This document shows positions 11,730 to 25,732 of a stretch of DNA of 64,000 bases, piece after piece. The stretch lies in contig NC_086097.1 in assembly GCF_963921235.1 (NCBI RefSeq), positions 79,362,001 through 79,426,000 of the forward strand. Reading direction: 5' to 3'. Both the position numbers and the translations under genes were made by a program. The first letter of the stretch is position 1, and each line of letters begins with the position of its first letter. The notes beneath the pieces are model-generated. The model did no database searches. It was given only the letters and a program-made list of their open reading frames with translations, and had not been told where the DNA came from. The stretch comes from Mobula hypostoma (lineage: Eukaryota).

Positions 11730-14700
11730 TTCCTTGGAATAACTTCCTAATAGAGCAGCTGAGATGGCAGTTTAGGGAGTGATATATAGGATGTGGAAGA
11801 TCAGGGACACTGCCAGCCTCTGATAACTTCACCTGCAAGATCTGCACCCAGCTACAGTTCCTGACTGACCACATTGAAGAACTGGAGCTGGAGTTGCAGT
11901 TGGATGTACTTGGGATTGTCCAGGTTGCTGAGGGCATCTTAGGTAATAGTCTCAGTGAGATGGTCACTTCACACCTAACATGCATGCAACAGATAGTTGG
12001 GTGACCACTAGGAAGTAGGTCTATTGAGCCAATAGGCTGGTCCTGGACTTATTTCCTGGCATAATTTACATATTACTATTTAATTATTTATGGTGCAACT
12101 GTAGTGAAAACCAATTTCCCCCAGGATCAATAAAGTATGACTATGAAGGGTAGAAAGAGTGGGCAGTGCAGGATTCCCGATAGCCATTCCCCTCAGCAAA
12201 AAAAATGTATCTCTTTGGGTACTACTGGAGGACATGACCTATCAGGCACAGCAGCAGCCAGGTCAGTGGCACTATGCCTTGACAGCAGAGGGTGAAGTCA
12301 GGATGTTCAATAGTAATATGATACTCAACAGTTAGGAGAAGAAATTCTGTAGCCAAAAAAGACATGTCAGGATGGTGTGCTGACTCCCAGTTACCAAGGT
12401 CAAGGATTGTCTCAGTGTGGCTGCAGGACACTGTCAAGGGAGAAGATGAGCAGTCAGAGATCATGGTGCTTATCAGTAAAAAGAGGGATGAAGTCCTGCA
12501 CAGTCGGTATAGTGAGTCGGGAAAGAAGCTGAAAAGCAGGTTCTTGAAGATAGTAATAATCTGGATTACTCCCAGTGCCACATGTTAGTCAAGGCAAGAA
12601 TCAAAATTTAGAACAGATGAATGTATGGCTGAGGAAGTGGGTGAAGGGGGCAGGGTTTCAGGTTCTTGGATTATTGGAATCTACTCTGGGGCCAGGTGGA
12701 CCTGTCCAAGGGGTTGCACCTTAACTTAAAGGGAACCAATATCCTTGTCAGAGATTCTCCTGATGTTAGAAATCTGAGCAAGACACATAAAATGCTGTAG
12801 GAACTCAGCATATCAGCCAACATTATGGAAAGAAATAAATAGCTGACATTTAGGGCCAAGGTCGTTCATCAGGACTGGAAAGGGAAACAGGCAGAAGCCA
12901 GAATAAGGTAGTGGGGAAGGGATAGGAGCTGGCAGGTGACAGGTGAGAGCAGGTGAGGGGGTGATGCAAGAAGCTGGGAGGTATGGGAGATGACCAGTGG
13001 AAGAGGCAAAGGGCTGAAGAAAGAATCTGATAGGAAAGGCCAGTGGGGAACCAGAGACAGGTGATGAGCAAGTCATGAGTGTGGGACAACGAGAAGGGAG
13101 AGGGAGTCACCAGAATAGGGAAAAGACAGAAAAGGTAGGGGGGGTGGGGGGGGGGGCTTGAGGATTATAAGGAAACCAGATAAGAGCACAAGGAGGGAAT
13201 TAAGAAAGCTAGGAGAGGCCATGAAAAGTCCTTGACAAGTGGGATTAAACAGAATCCCAGGGCATTCTGTACTGACATCGAACAAGAAGATAATTGGGGA
13301 GCAGGTAGGACCACTCAAGGATGAAGAGGGGGAATGTGTTCTTGGAGAGAGAGGATGTGAGTGAGATTGTACATGAGTAATTTCCATCAGTGTTTACCAA
13401 GAACGGTGTGGAGAACAAGAAGATCAGTGTGGAGTGTGCTAATTGTTACGGCATAAAGGAGGTAGTATTGGATCTCCTGAAGAACATTAAGGTAGTTAAA
13501 TCCCCAGAGACTACAGGAATATAACCCAAGTTACTGAGGGAGGCAAAAGATGAGATTTCTCAGGCCTTGACCAATATTTTCATGTTCTCCCTAACCACAA
13601 GGTCTGTGAGGACTAGCAAATAGCTAATGTTCTTTCATTCAAGGGAAATATATATAATCTCATATAGGGACTTCTGCTGTTGTGATGTATATAAATGACC
13701 TAGATGAAAATGTAAATGGGTAATTAGTAAATTTGCTGATAATACAATAATTGATGGTGCTGTGAACTGGCAAAGGCTGTCCTGCTGAAGGGTTTCAGCC
13801 CAAAACATCGACTGTACTTATTTTCATAGATGCTACCTGGCCTGCTGAGTTCCTCCAGCACTTTGTGAGTGCTGCTGGTAAAGAATACCACAGGATATAG
13901 ATCTGTTGCAGATGTGGGCAGAGAAATGGCAGACAGACCTTAACCTCACCAAATGTGAAGGGTTGCACCTTGGTAGGTCAAATGTAAAGAGGCAGTACAC
14001 TGTTAAGGGCAAGATGTGGCAGATGGAGCATAGGTGCTCAGCAAAGCAGTCTGCCAGAAGAAGCAGGATCTCCCAGTGGTCACCCATTTTAATTCCACAT
14101 TCCCGTTCTGATATGACTATCCATGGCCTCCTCTACTGTTGCAATGAGGCCACACTCAGGTGGTGGAACAACACCTTATATTCCGTCTGGGTAGCCTCCA
14201 ACTTGATAGCATGAACGTTGATTTCTTGAAATTCCAGTAATGCCCCCCCCCATCATTGCCCATCCCTTTTCCCCGCTCTCACCTCATCTCCTTGCCTGCC
14301 CATTGCCTCCCTCTGGTGCTTCTTCCCCTTTTCTTTCTTCCATAGCCTTCTGTCCTCTGCTATTAGATTCCTCTTCTCCAGCCCTGTATCTCTTTCACCA
14401 AATTCCCAGCTCTTTACTTCACCCCTCCCCCTTCCGATTTCACCTATCACCCTGTGTTTCTCCCTCCCCTCCCTCCTCCACCTTTTAAATCTCCTCCTCG
14501 CCCTTTTTCCTCCAGTCCTACTGAAGGGTCTTGGCCCAAAACATTGACTATACTCTTTTCCATAGATGCTGCTTGGCCTGCTGAGTTCCTCCAGCGTTTT
14601 GTGTGCGTCGCTTGGATTTCCAGCATCCGCAGATTTGTTCTTGTTTGTGATATGGCATACTTGCCTCTTTTAGTCAAGACACACACAGAGTTCAAGAGTC

Positions 14701-15270
14701 TGGTTAGGACATATCTAGAGTGTTGTATTCAATTCTCGTTTCAGTATAGGAAAAATGCCGAGGCTATGGAGAGGATGCATATGTGGTTTACCAGGATGCA
14801 ATCTGGATGAGAGGCCATGTGCTATAAGGAGAGGTTAGAGAAATTTGTCTTGTTTTCTCTGGAGTGGAGGAGATCTGATAGAAGTTTGTTATATTAAAAG
14901 AGGCATAGATAGGATAAACAGCAAGCATCATTTTCCCAGGGTTGAAATGTCTAAAAGCAGAGGACAAGCATTTAAGGTGAGAGGGTGTAAAGTTCAAAGG
15001 AGATGTGCAATGCCAGTTTTTAACGCACACACACACACAGTTGTGAGTGCCTGGACTGCACTACCTGGGGTGGTGGTAAAGGTGTTCAAGAGGCTCTTGG
15101 ATAGGTTCATGAACATACAGGAAGAAGAAGGATATGGATACTGTGTAGGCAATGTTCACATCTTTCCACTTCCTGCACATTCAAATACCCGACTAGATTA
15201 ATTTAGTTACTATTTTATTTGGCACAACACTGTGGGCTGAAGAGCCTGATCCTGTTCCTATGTTCTAAGA
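11730..15270 (+). mobile_element. Old, fragmented CR1 LINE (ORF1 esterase to ORF2 3' end), interrupted by Penelope-like pieces (~12760-13160 minus, ~13778-13878, ~14030-14648) and a Rex-type tail (~12020-12145)
   Basis: ORF1-like sequence at 12340-12750 parallels 26150-26570. ORF2 motifs WAEKWQ and LVRTYLECCIQF occur in order, and the CR1 tail is at ~15220-15265. Confidence 0.75.
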
Positions 15271-15799
15271 AAAGTGGTCCGAATCCTGATTCCTGGGAAC
15301 ATGACAGTATTCCTGAACATTTAAAGTGAAAGGGGGAAGGTTAATCTTTTAGTAAATAGCATGGACACTGCAAAGCTACTGGATGAGTGCTCTGTGCAGG
15401 CCAATTGCTGGAGTGCCTCGCCTGCAGCTTACCAGATTTGTCTTTCCTCCCTTATGCAAATAAGGTATTTGCCACCCTCCAGAACTCTGGCACTACCCCA
15501 TTTCCAAGAAGAACTAGTAAAACGTAGCCAGAATCTATGCAACCACCATTCTTATTTCTCTTGACACATTTATATCCTAGCTGAGGCAGCTGACTTTCCC
15601 ACTTTGAGGGCTGCCAGCTTCTTCAGCAAATTCCCCTTAATCTTATACTTTCCAATATACACAGCTTCCTATATTACTACTATGACATCTCTTTTCCACT
15701 GAAGCCACATTCAATTAGCACTCCAACCATGCCCTCTGCATCTCCAAGATTATCTTTTTATTCTGAATCAAAATCACCCTTTCATTCTTATCTATTTGT

Positions 15800-16200
15800 A
15801 AGCATAAGAACATAAGAAAGAGGAGCAGCAGTATGCCATCTGGCCTGTCGAGCCTGCTCCGCCATTCACTAAGATCACGGCTGATCTGGCCATGGATTCA
15901 TCTCCACCTACCTTCCTTTTCACCATAATCCTAATTCCCCTACTATGCAAAAATCTATCCTACCTTGTTTTAAATATATTTACCGAGGTAGCCTGCTTCA
16001 CTGAGCAGAGAATTCCACAGATTCACCACTCTCTGGGAAAAACAGCTCCTCCTTATCTCCGTCCTAAATCTACTCCCCTGAATCTTGACGCTATGTCTGC
16101 CAGTTCTGGTCTCACCGACCAATGGAAACAACTTTCCTGCCTCTATTTTATCCCTTTCATAATTTTATGTTTCTGTAAGATCTCCTCTCATTCTTCTAGA
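15800..16200 (-). mobile_element. CR1 LINE 3' end
   Basis: cataagaacataagaa tail. Reverse complement of the same subfamily 3' end seen at ~31740-31938. Confidence 0.8.
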
Positions 16201-16949
16201 TGGTAAAGATGGTTGAGTTGTCTGTAGCTGTGGATCCACTCTTGTATTTACTATTTGCTCCTGCTTTACGAAATGCTTTCTCTCATTTTTGTATTCAATT
16301 TTATCATTTCTAACCTCACAACTGTCATTGGCTTGCTTTTTTGCATCTAATTTTAATCTCTACATCTTAAGCCATCCACAAAGCTTTAGCCTGGGCAATC
16401 CTATCTTAACCCTTTCCTTACTGTACCATTGGAAATCTTCGTACAAACCACTTCATTTTCAAATTCCAACCCTCACCCTTCCAACATATGAATCCCTAAA
16501 ATCAGAGCATCTCAGAGTTGCAAGGTTTTTCTATTCATTCGTAAATTATTGTATGCCGATTTGCTGCCAACCATTTTCCATCACTACACCCAAAATCAGA
16601 ATTCAATCAGTTTACGAGAAACGAAGACAAAAAGAGTCTCTGCAACAGGATCACTGATCGAGTGTATTCAGACATCTTATTGTGCGTTGGCAAACAAAGC
16701 AACAATAGTGCTGAAAATCGAGAACGCTTTTGAAAGAAACGTCTTTTCCCCTTAATTTCCACAACTAACCTCTGGCAAGTTTCTTAAAGTTAGATTAACG
16801 CAGTAAATCACACAAGTAATTTGAACGGGGTTAAAGTATAGCACATTGCTTGTCCACCTTTATGAGGGTGAATAGCATTAAAGTAATATAAACATGACTC
16901 GACGATGATAAATGAGATTAAAGGCACAACACACCCAAAGTTCCAGCCT

Positions 16950-17830
16950 CGGGCACCTTTCCCCAAGAACAGCAGGGCGGCGGACGCGGCCTTTCTCCGA
17001 ATCGCTTCCTAATATTCCACGGGCTACTCCCGGTGCGATCCCCCACCCTCACTATTTCTAATTTCCCTGCCAATGCTGACCTGCAGCCACTTACACCTCC
17101 CGGCCTAGGCCCGGACTGCCGGAACAAACTTCAAAATCAGCCGGCCAAACTGATCGCAACTCTCGATTCTCGCCAACCTGTTGATGGGTGAGGGAAAGGC
17201 TGCCTCCTCGGTAGCGGCCAACTCCAGAATTTCAACCGACCGGGCAGCAGGGTCATCAGACCTGATCACCTGGGCCTGGAATTTCGCCACCGCTCCCAGC
17301 TCCGGCCCCTCGCCGTCTCCGGTGACTATCGGAGCGCACAGGGACGGCAGCTGCCCTCATCGAAACCAATTCTCCCCGCGCGTGCGCGTCTGCGCGCACC
17401 TGCCCCTTCCTTGCTCGCTTGCGTGCGCGCACACAGACACCGCAAAGCCAGTTTGCTCGCGCGCACCCCCCTCACCCCGAATCCCCTTTACTCATTGGCT
17501 GAACCGACCAAATGGAGGAGAGGGCGACCGTCGCCAAGCCAACCCCCGCCTTCCTGTTGCCCCGGGGAAGGCTCCGAGACAAAGGAATTTCGGCGTCTCG
17601 CGCGCTCCCGTGCACACGATGAGGGCAAAGGTTAACCTGAGCCATGCCAGGAATGCCTTAATGTTTTGCAATGCTGTGTGGAAGCAGAGGCGGGAACGGG
17701 AGGTGACGGGGAGGCAACAGGAACGTGGGAATCACAGCGCTTCACTACTCAGACCATCTTTCTGCCTGAAAGCAGAGCACGCCCAGCCTTTGCCTTGACT
17801 TCTCCCGTTTAGAACCACCCTCCGCGACGT
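16950..17830. promoter_or_regulatory. CpG island / probable housekeeping-type promoter
   Basis: The only long non-repeat stretch that is dense in CpG. NRF1-like gcgcgtgcgc at 17378-17387, CCAAT at 17366-17370, ATTGG at 17494-17498, GC-box-like ccccgcc at ~17544-17550. Confidence 0.8.
17095..17400 (-). other. Probable non-coding first exon of an unidentified minus-strand gene (5' boundary approximate)
   Basis: Consensus donor GGT|GTAAGT (plus-strand acttac 17089-17094) inside the CpG island. The ATG at 17360-17358 closes before the donor, so the exon is probably 5'UTR. Confidence 0.55.
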
Positions 17831-19913
17831 TGCTTGTTGTGTAACTTTGCAAACAAACATTTGAAAGGTCGTGAATTTCACATTTTCAGTCACCTTTCCA
17901 CCTATTATCTTGACAACGTTGAACTATGGCACAATTCCAACCTCCCCCAACTCCGCTCTGTTCAAGTGCAATGACAAGCGAAGGAGATTGCTGTCACTGG
18001 AAACAACGTAAAAAGATCTTTCAAATATTTAGGTCGCTGATGGTCGAAATCCCGAAGGGAAAATTAATTTCGGCACTTGAACTAGTAAAAAGAAAACCAT
18101 ACTGCGATCAAACAAAAAAGTAGCAGGCGTGTTTACTTTCAATAATTTAGGTATTATTTCTAACCACTGGGAGTTTTTATCTCCTTGCAGCAGCTGAATG
18201 CTTTGATTTGGGTAAATGCACCGCTTTCCCAGCACTCCTGTGCAATTTTCCCTTCGTTCATGAGGTTTAGTACCCAGCTCTTACTCGTGTGACTTCTTCT
18301 AGCCACCCCGAATTCTAGTTTCTGGGTGAAATTTCTAACAATTGGAAATTGGGAACAAAAGTACTGTGATTTCCTTGTTTTAACATAGTATCTGTCCTGT
18401 TATGTTTCCTTTCCCCTAAATGCAGTTTGTAAATAAGTTGTGCATATTTTTAAATGAAATCGGCAACATGCCTAATTTACGCTGTTCAAATATTTTTTAA
18501 ACTATTACCAATTCTACATCCAGCAATCAATCCTGAAGAAGTTAAAGCGGTTGTCATTGAAGCCCCGCCCCCGGCAAATGCGCGTTAATGTATATTTATC
18601 AGAAGCTCGTTGGAAAAGTATCTCCACGGCTATTCATTCACCGAGATCGACACTCAGCTGAACATACCAATGGAAAAATAACACAATAGTACACGAAATT
18701 CCATAGTATAATTGCAGAACTCTATGTTAAATTTTCTGGCTACGTTGTCTTCGTCTTTTTGTTATTGGCGACTTGATGAATTGTTTAGTGAACAGCGGAA
18801 CATTTCTTCAGAGGCTCGGGCGTGACGGACACAACACAAAACAAAACTTCACTGTGATATCCAGAGCCAAAATTACCAACAGTTTTGAAACTCACGAGGC
18901 TCCATGCGGACCTCTTCGAGGTGAAGTTTGTTACTTCATCCACACCGAGCTGTGTGAAGTGTTGATTTCAATAGAATACCGTATCGCTGCTTTCGCCAGG
19001 ATGTGGAAGGGTGTCTCGGGAAGAGCCGGATCGTTCTCGTCAAGAAGGAGGAAAGGAAACAGATCATGCTTTTCAAATCGGGATTTACTTTGCGAGCTTA
19101 CATTTTTGTTTAGACGTTAAAAATTTAATGTTGTTTCATTTGACTCGGAAATTATCTTCAGAGTTTGGAAGTCAGAACATTTAGAATATGCATTCGCAGT
19201 GCTGTACCTCTTAAGCCATTTGAAAATGCAATCTTGCCAAGTCCCGAAACTCAACATGGATGGCTTCTCTGTTATCATCCACCCCTCCATTAGTTCCAAA
19301 ATACACAAAATAATCATTGAGATGCCGCGAAAGAAAATGATTGGGCCATTATAGCCCAACTAGTTTATACCTGTATTTGTTGTTTTTCACTATTTGCCTT
19401 TAAAATAGCTGGGTTTTCTCATGGCCTCGAAATATTAAAAAATAGGAAGCAGATGAGGACTTTAGATAATATTCTAAAAACAAGACAGCATTTCTGTTAA
19501 TCCTCTCAATTGGTCTAAATCCAAAAGAGCACTTCACATTCTTCTGAACTCAAGTGTTACTCTGCCCAGTTTGTTTAATCGTTCTCATTGGTTAAGCTCC
19601 CCATCCATAAACTGGATTGCAATGTGGGTTGTAAACTGTTTGCAGAGAGGATATGGACTTTGTACACATCCCTGTCCCTATCAACTTTGCAAGTGATACC
19701 TCTACAGTGAACCATACCTCAGGTAACAATGAATTAGGTACAGAAAGGAGATATGGGAGGTTCATCATATGGCTTCATGACAGTAATCTCCCTTTCAATG
19801 TCACCAAAACAAAAGAGCTGGTCATTGACTTTAGCAAAGGGCCAGTGCACATGCTCCTGTCTACATCAACAGTGTTGAGGTTGAGAGGGTTTACAACTTC
19901 AAGCTCCTAGGAC

Positions 19914-22730
19914 TGTCATAAGGTGGCAGACCCAAATGAAAGACACAGACACTGAAGTACAAGGAACAGGACTAGGTGTGTCAAGCAAGCAAGGGAAGTG
20001 AGGAAGAAATGACGCTGGACAAGACACAGGCCCTGGACGAGACTAGGATACAGGGCCTGGGCTAGGACTAGACTAGGAAAGTGGGACCTGGATGAGGAAC
20101 TAGGAACTTGGAACCTGGACAGGGACTCCGAGCCAGAGACTGGACAGGGACCCGGAACCTGGGTCTTGACTGGGGCTCGGACTCCGGATCCAGGTGAGGA
20201 CAAGACGTGGCTACAGGACGAGGAGTGGCAACAGGACTGGACGTGAGACTCCTGGACAGGACAAGGGAGCCCCAGAACTGGGCTGGGCGAGGCACATGGA
20301 CAGGACGAGAACTCGAAGCTTTGACTTGGTCGAGGGAGAACAGGAACGCAGAGCCTTGGTTGAGGGAGAACAGGAATGCAGAGCCTTGGTCGAGGGAGAA
20401 CAGGAACGCAGAGACGTGGAACACAGAGCCAGGAGCCCTCCTTGGGAACAGGACTTGGGGCCAGGGCTCTACACAGAGTCAGGACCCCTCCTAGGGAGCA
20501 GGATGTAGGGCAAGGACTCATACACAGAACACAGAGAGACAGTTCTCCACTCAAGGTAGTGGCATACGGCCGGACCTACACAGCGGAGGCAAGGGCACAA
20601 AGAGACGGGTCCCAACACAAGGTAGCAACAAACGGCTGGACCTACCTAGCGAAGGCGTGGACACAGAGACAGTTCTCAACTCAAGGACCTACCTCCTTCG
20701 GTATTCACCAATGAGAGGGAACTTGATGATGGTGAGGACAATATGATGAGGTTGATGTTCTGGAGCATGTTGATATAAAGGGAGAGGAGGTGTTGGAGTT
20801 GTTAAAATACATTAACGACTACATTAACAGGCCCCTCGGGGCCTGACAGAATATTCAAGGTTGCTCCACAAGGCGAGGGAAGAGATTGCTGAGCCTCTGG
20901 CTCAGATCTTTATGTCCTCGTTGTCCACAAGAATGGTACCAGAGGATTGGAGGGAGGCAAATGTTGTGCCCTTGGTCAAAAAAGGTAGTAGGGATAGTCC
21001 AGGTAATTATAGACCAGTGAGCCTTACGTCTGTGGTGGGAAAGCTGTTGGAAAAGATTCTTAGAGATAGGATCTATGGGCATTTAGAGAATCATGGTCTG
21101 ATTAGGGACAGTCAGCATGGCTTTGTGAAGGGCAGATCGTGTCTAACAAGCCTGATAAAGTTCTTTGAGGAGGTGACCAGCATATAGATGACGGTAGTGC
21201 AGTGGATGTGATCTATAAGGATTTTAGTAAGGCATTTGACAAGGTTCCACACGGTAGGCTTATTCAGAAAGTCAGAAGGCATGGGATCCAGGGAAGTTTG
21301 GCCAGGTGGATTCAGAATTGGCTTGCCTGCAGAAGGCAGAGGGTTGTGGTGGAGGGAGTACATTCAGATTGGAGGATTGTGACTAGTGGTGTCCTTCAAG
21401 GATCTGTTCTGTGACCTCTACTTCTCGTGATTTTTATTAACGACCTGGATGTGGGGGTAGAAGGGTGGGTTGGCAAGTTTGCAGACAATACAAAGGTTGG
21501 TGGTGTTGTGGATAGTGTAGAGGATTGTCGAAGATTGCAGAGAGACATTGATAGAATGCAGAAGTGGGCTGAGAAGTGGCAGATGGAGTTCAACCCAGAG
21601 AAGTGTAAGGTGGTACACTTTGGAAGGACAAACTCCAAAGCAGAGTACAAAATAAATGGCAGGATACTTGGTAGTATCGAGGAGCAGAGGGATCTGCGGT
21701 ACATGTCCACAGATCCCTGAAAGTTGCCTCACAGTTGGATAGGGTAGTTAAGAAAGCTTATGGGGTGTTAGCTTTCATAAGTCGAGGGATAGAGTTTAAG
21801 AGTCGCAATGTAATGATGTGGCTGTATAAAACGATTTACCAGGATGCTGCCTGGTTTAGAGAGTATGCATTATGATCAGAGATTAAGGGAGCTAGGGCTT
21901 TACTCTTCGGAGAGAAGGAGGATGAGAGGAGACATGATAGAGGTGTACAAGATAATAAGAGGAATAGATAGAGTGGATAGCCAACGCCTCTTCCCCAGGG
22001 CACCACTGCTCAATACAAGAGGACATGGCTTTAAGGTAAGGTTGGGAAGTTCAAGGGGGATATTAGAGGAAGGTTTTTCACTCAGAGAGTGGTTGGTGCG
22101 TGGAATGCACTGCCTGAGTCAGTGGTGGAGGCAGATACACTGGAGAAGTTTAAGAGACTACTAGACAGGTATATGGAGGAATTTAAGGTGGGGGGTTATA
22201 TGGGAGGCAGGGTTTGAGGGTCGGCACAACATTGTGGGCCGAAGGGCCTGTACTGTGCTGTACTGTTTTATGTTCTATGTTCCACTTAGCGAAGGCGTGG
22301 ACACAGAGACAGTTCCCAACTCAAGGTAACAGCAAGCAGCCGGACCTACCTAGCGAAGGCGTGAATACAGAGACAGTTCCCAACTCAAGATAGCAGCAAA
22401 CGGCCAGACCTACCTAGCTAAGGCGAGGACACAAAGAGACAGTTTCAAACAGCGAAAGACAGTTCCTTATCTAGACACAGCAAGGCCCCAGTCTTGCCCT
22501 GGCGGTTGAACCTGATGGCGTTACAGGTGAAGGTAGCAGGCGAAGCTTCAGAGGGAAGGGGAGGGAACAATCCAGCAACTGAAGCTGAACCCAGGAGCTG
22601 TTTATGTAGCCAGCCCAAAATGAGAATCATGTGCCTGAATTAGGGCACACAACAGGACAAGGGAAAACCAGAAAACCTGGAGTAAGGATCGATGGACCAG
22701 AATGCGGACTTCACAGACCGGACCATGACA
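19914..22730 (-). mobile_element. Solo LTR (TGTCA...TGACA) with internal minisatellites, interrupted by a CR1
   Basis: Termini tgtcat (19914) and atgaca (22730), imperfect 5-bp TSD aggac/aagac. Three copies of a 30-bp unit at 20325-20413 and ~60-bp units on both sides of the CR1. Strand is tentative. Confidence 0.75.
20694..22282 (+). mobile_element. 5'-truncated CR1 LINE (RT domain and 3' UTR)
   Basis: PEDWREANVVP, GNYRPVSLTS, DFSKAFDKVPH and KFADNTK motifs, with several stops and frameshifts; tatgttctatgtt tail. Confidence 0.95.
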
Positions 22731-23249
22731 AAGACTGAACATCTCCAATAATGTGTCCTTGTCCATCCCCAAGAAAGCTCACCAATGCCTCTACATTCTC
22801 AGGACCTGAAAGAAATCTGGCATGTCCCTGTCAACTCTTAGCAATTTGTATCAATGCACCTTGGAAAACATCCTTCTTCTCACTTCTTCCATCAGGCTGC
22901 AAATGCAAAAGTCTGAAAGCACATACACCATGATCAAGGGCAGCATCTGTTGTAACAGGATTGGATGGTTCCCGAGTACAATGAGATGGACTTTTGATCT
23001 CACAGTCTATCTTGCACTTTCTCTGTAACTGTTACACTTTATTCTGCATTCTGTTATTGTTTTAGCTTGTTCTACCTCAATGTGCTATGTGATGAATTGA
23101 TTTGTGTGAACAGTGTGCAAGACAAAGCTTTTCACTACATCTCACCATGTGTCAATAATAAACCAATTCCAATTCTTTGTTGCAGTTTCACCATTGATAG
23201 GATATTCCCCCCCTCCCCCGCCACCACAACCACCCTGAGGAAGGCAAAC

Positions 23250-24780
23250 AAATCCTATTTGTGATATTCCAGTTCTGGTCTCAAAGAGACCCTAAGTAAC
23301 CCTAGCAAGATCTTTTCACTCTCATACTCAAATCTTCTTGCAATTATGAGCATTTGCTTTCCTCATGCTTACTGTTTTGGCATGATAATTTTCAATTTGA
23401 TTTGTGCACAAGGATACCAAACCCCTCCAAACTCCAACATCTTTTCGCTTACCATCTAAAAGATACTTTGCCTCTCTTTTGTTTCTACCAACATGGATGA
23501 CCTCACATTTTTCCACTCAATATTCCATCTGCCACACCTTCACACATTCACTTAACTTGTCTATGTTGACTTGAAGCCTCTCTGCACCCTTGTCCAACCC
23601 AGTTTATCACCAGCAAACACAGATACATTACACTTACAAACAAGAGAAAACCTGCAGATGCTGGAAATCCGAGCAACACACACAAAATGCAGGATGTTTG
23701 GGCTGAAACGCCGACTGTATTTTTTTCCGTAGATGCTGCTTGGCCTGCTGAGTTCCTCCAGCATTTTGTGTACGGTACACTTAATTCCCTTATCCAACTT
23801 ATTGATATAGGTTATGAACAGCATGAAACCCCAGCACTGATCTCCAACTGTCAAATGGAGAATGACACATTTATTCATATTTCTGTCCACTAATCAATCC
23901 TCAAAAACGAATAGTAAATACTCCCAATTACTCTTCCATGGTATTTCATCACAGGCTGTCTGAAAGTTCAAATAGACTACTTCCACAGGTCCTCCTAAAT
24001 CTTCTCTACTAGTAAAAATCTCAAAGTCCTTTAACAGATTGGGTAAGCGTGATTTCATTGTCTTGAATACATATTGCCTCTGCCCATTCCCAGTATGGCT
24101 TGCCAAGTGTTTTGCTGCAATATCCTTAATAGTAAATTTTAACATCTTTCTCCTCCTTTCCTAAATAGCCTGAGTTACATTTACTGCCTTGTAATCAGCT
24201 ACAATTGTTTTAGGATCTATGAAATCTAGAAAAATGGCAACAAGTGCATTCACCATCTCCATAGCAACTGCGTTGGAAACCCTTGATACAGGTCACCTCG
24301 TCTTGGGGATTTATTGTCTTTCAGTCCCACCCATTAATTTTTTTCTTCATTTTTTGTTACTGCTGCTAATTGATTTGCCACTTCTTTATTCTTGGAGGAC
24401 CAATTGCTCTCCATCATTTCCAGGATGTATTCATAATCTTCTGAAGAAACAGCAACAAAATACTTTTTAATTTTCCTACCAGTTTCTTATTGCTCAATAT
24501 ATTTCCTCCTATCTCAGTCTATAAGGAATTGATATTAACATTTACTAATCTTTTCCTTTTTGCATATATCTTAAGACTTACATAATTTGTTTTTAAGTTT
24601 CTCACCATATTACTCATTTTACATTTTCCTTTCTCAATTTATTAGTGTTCTTTCTCCACAGTCCTAAATCTTCCCAATCCCCAGGCGTCCTGATCGTTTT
24701 GGCAACATTATAAGCCTTCCCATTTGATTTAATACTATCTTTAACTTCTTCCATTAGTTGCAACTACTTATCTTGAGGTA
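23250..24780 (-). mobile_element. Old CR1 LINE fragment containing a short inverted Penelope-pLTR insert (~23636-23770)
   Basis: Minus-strand ORFs EKCEVIHVGR and VEVVYLNFQTACD. The insert is flanked by tacactta repeats. Confidence 0.7.
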
Positions 24781-25732
24781 GCTCTACATATAATTTCACA
24801 CACACTTGAAAATATCTGGTTGCTTCTTTCACAGTGCTGTCTGGTAGATCCACTGGAGACTCCTAAATGGGGTCCATGTGTAATGCTGTCCTGGATAGTG
24901 CCCTTGGATAATGTAATACCATTGTAAACTGATATTTCTAGTGCTTTTCCAACTTTACAAGTGTAAAATTGATAATTTTGGAAAATGGATCTACATGATG
25001 AACATTAAACCTACCAACCTGTTGAAACAGATCAGCAGATTACAATATGACATCTCTCTGCAACAGTTGTAAAAATTAAAAATAAAATGCTGTATGGGAT
25101 TTGTAGCAAACATATTGAATTCCTGAAGCATCATGAACATTGCACCGACATCATATCTATTCAATGCAAATGAGGCAGCTTCTCATGGATCAGAATTTGC
25201 AAAGATATTTGTAGGTAGTGCATAACAATAACATCCAATCAATCTTCACATCTGCTGTGTGTAGAATTTAATTCAGACATTTGACTCTAGTCTTCATATT
25301 GAGTATGTGAGGTAGCTGCCCTTCCAACCCTTTCTTCTCAGACTATGGTTGTGTATTTTCAATTTCTGCTAATGCAGAAATTTCCCATCTTAAGGCCACA
25401 AAATTGTCAGCACTTTCTGTTGTCATTGTGTGAACTTAACAATTTTGGGACTACACTCAAGTATAGTTAATGTAGAAATCCATTAATCTTGCAATACCCT
25501 GATGTTCCACAGTTGAAGCTTTTTTCTTCCTAGTCTGATCTCTGTGATGTTTCTTCAGTGTGAATGGCAGCAAGAGACTGATAGTGCAGATATCAGGAAA
25601 AGAGAAATTCATAACAAATAACTAATGGGTGTTCAATTGTCATTTGTAAACATGCCAGCTAAATGTGACAGCACCATCTGGGTTATTATTACTTCTTTCT
25701 GATATCATTGAAATAAGCTACGAGGTATGATT

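Larger units (their letters stand above)
19650..23165 (+). mobile_element. Rex1/Babar fragment split by a solo LTR
   Basis: WLHDSNLPFNVTKTKELVIDFSK on the left. The sequence rejoins across the insert as ttcaagctcctaggac|tgaacatctccaat. Tail aataataaaccaattccaatt at ~23155. Confidence 0.75.

Noticed and set aside
17181..17798. 205-aa plus-strand ORF over the CpG island
   Set aside because: Long stop-free frames are expected in GC-rich DNA, the protein has no recognisable domain, and the splice signal points to the minus strand.
20325..20700. Regularly spaced repeats as a CRISPR-like array
   Set aside because: These are head-to-tail minisatellite units without unique spacers, inside a vertebrate solo LTR; no cas genes are present.
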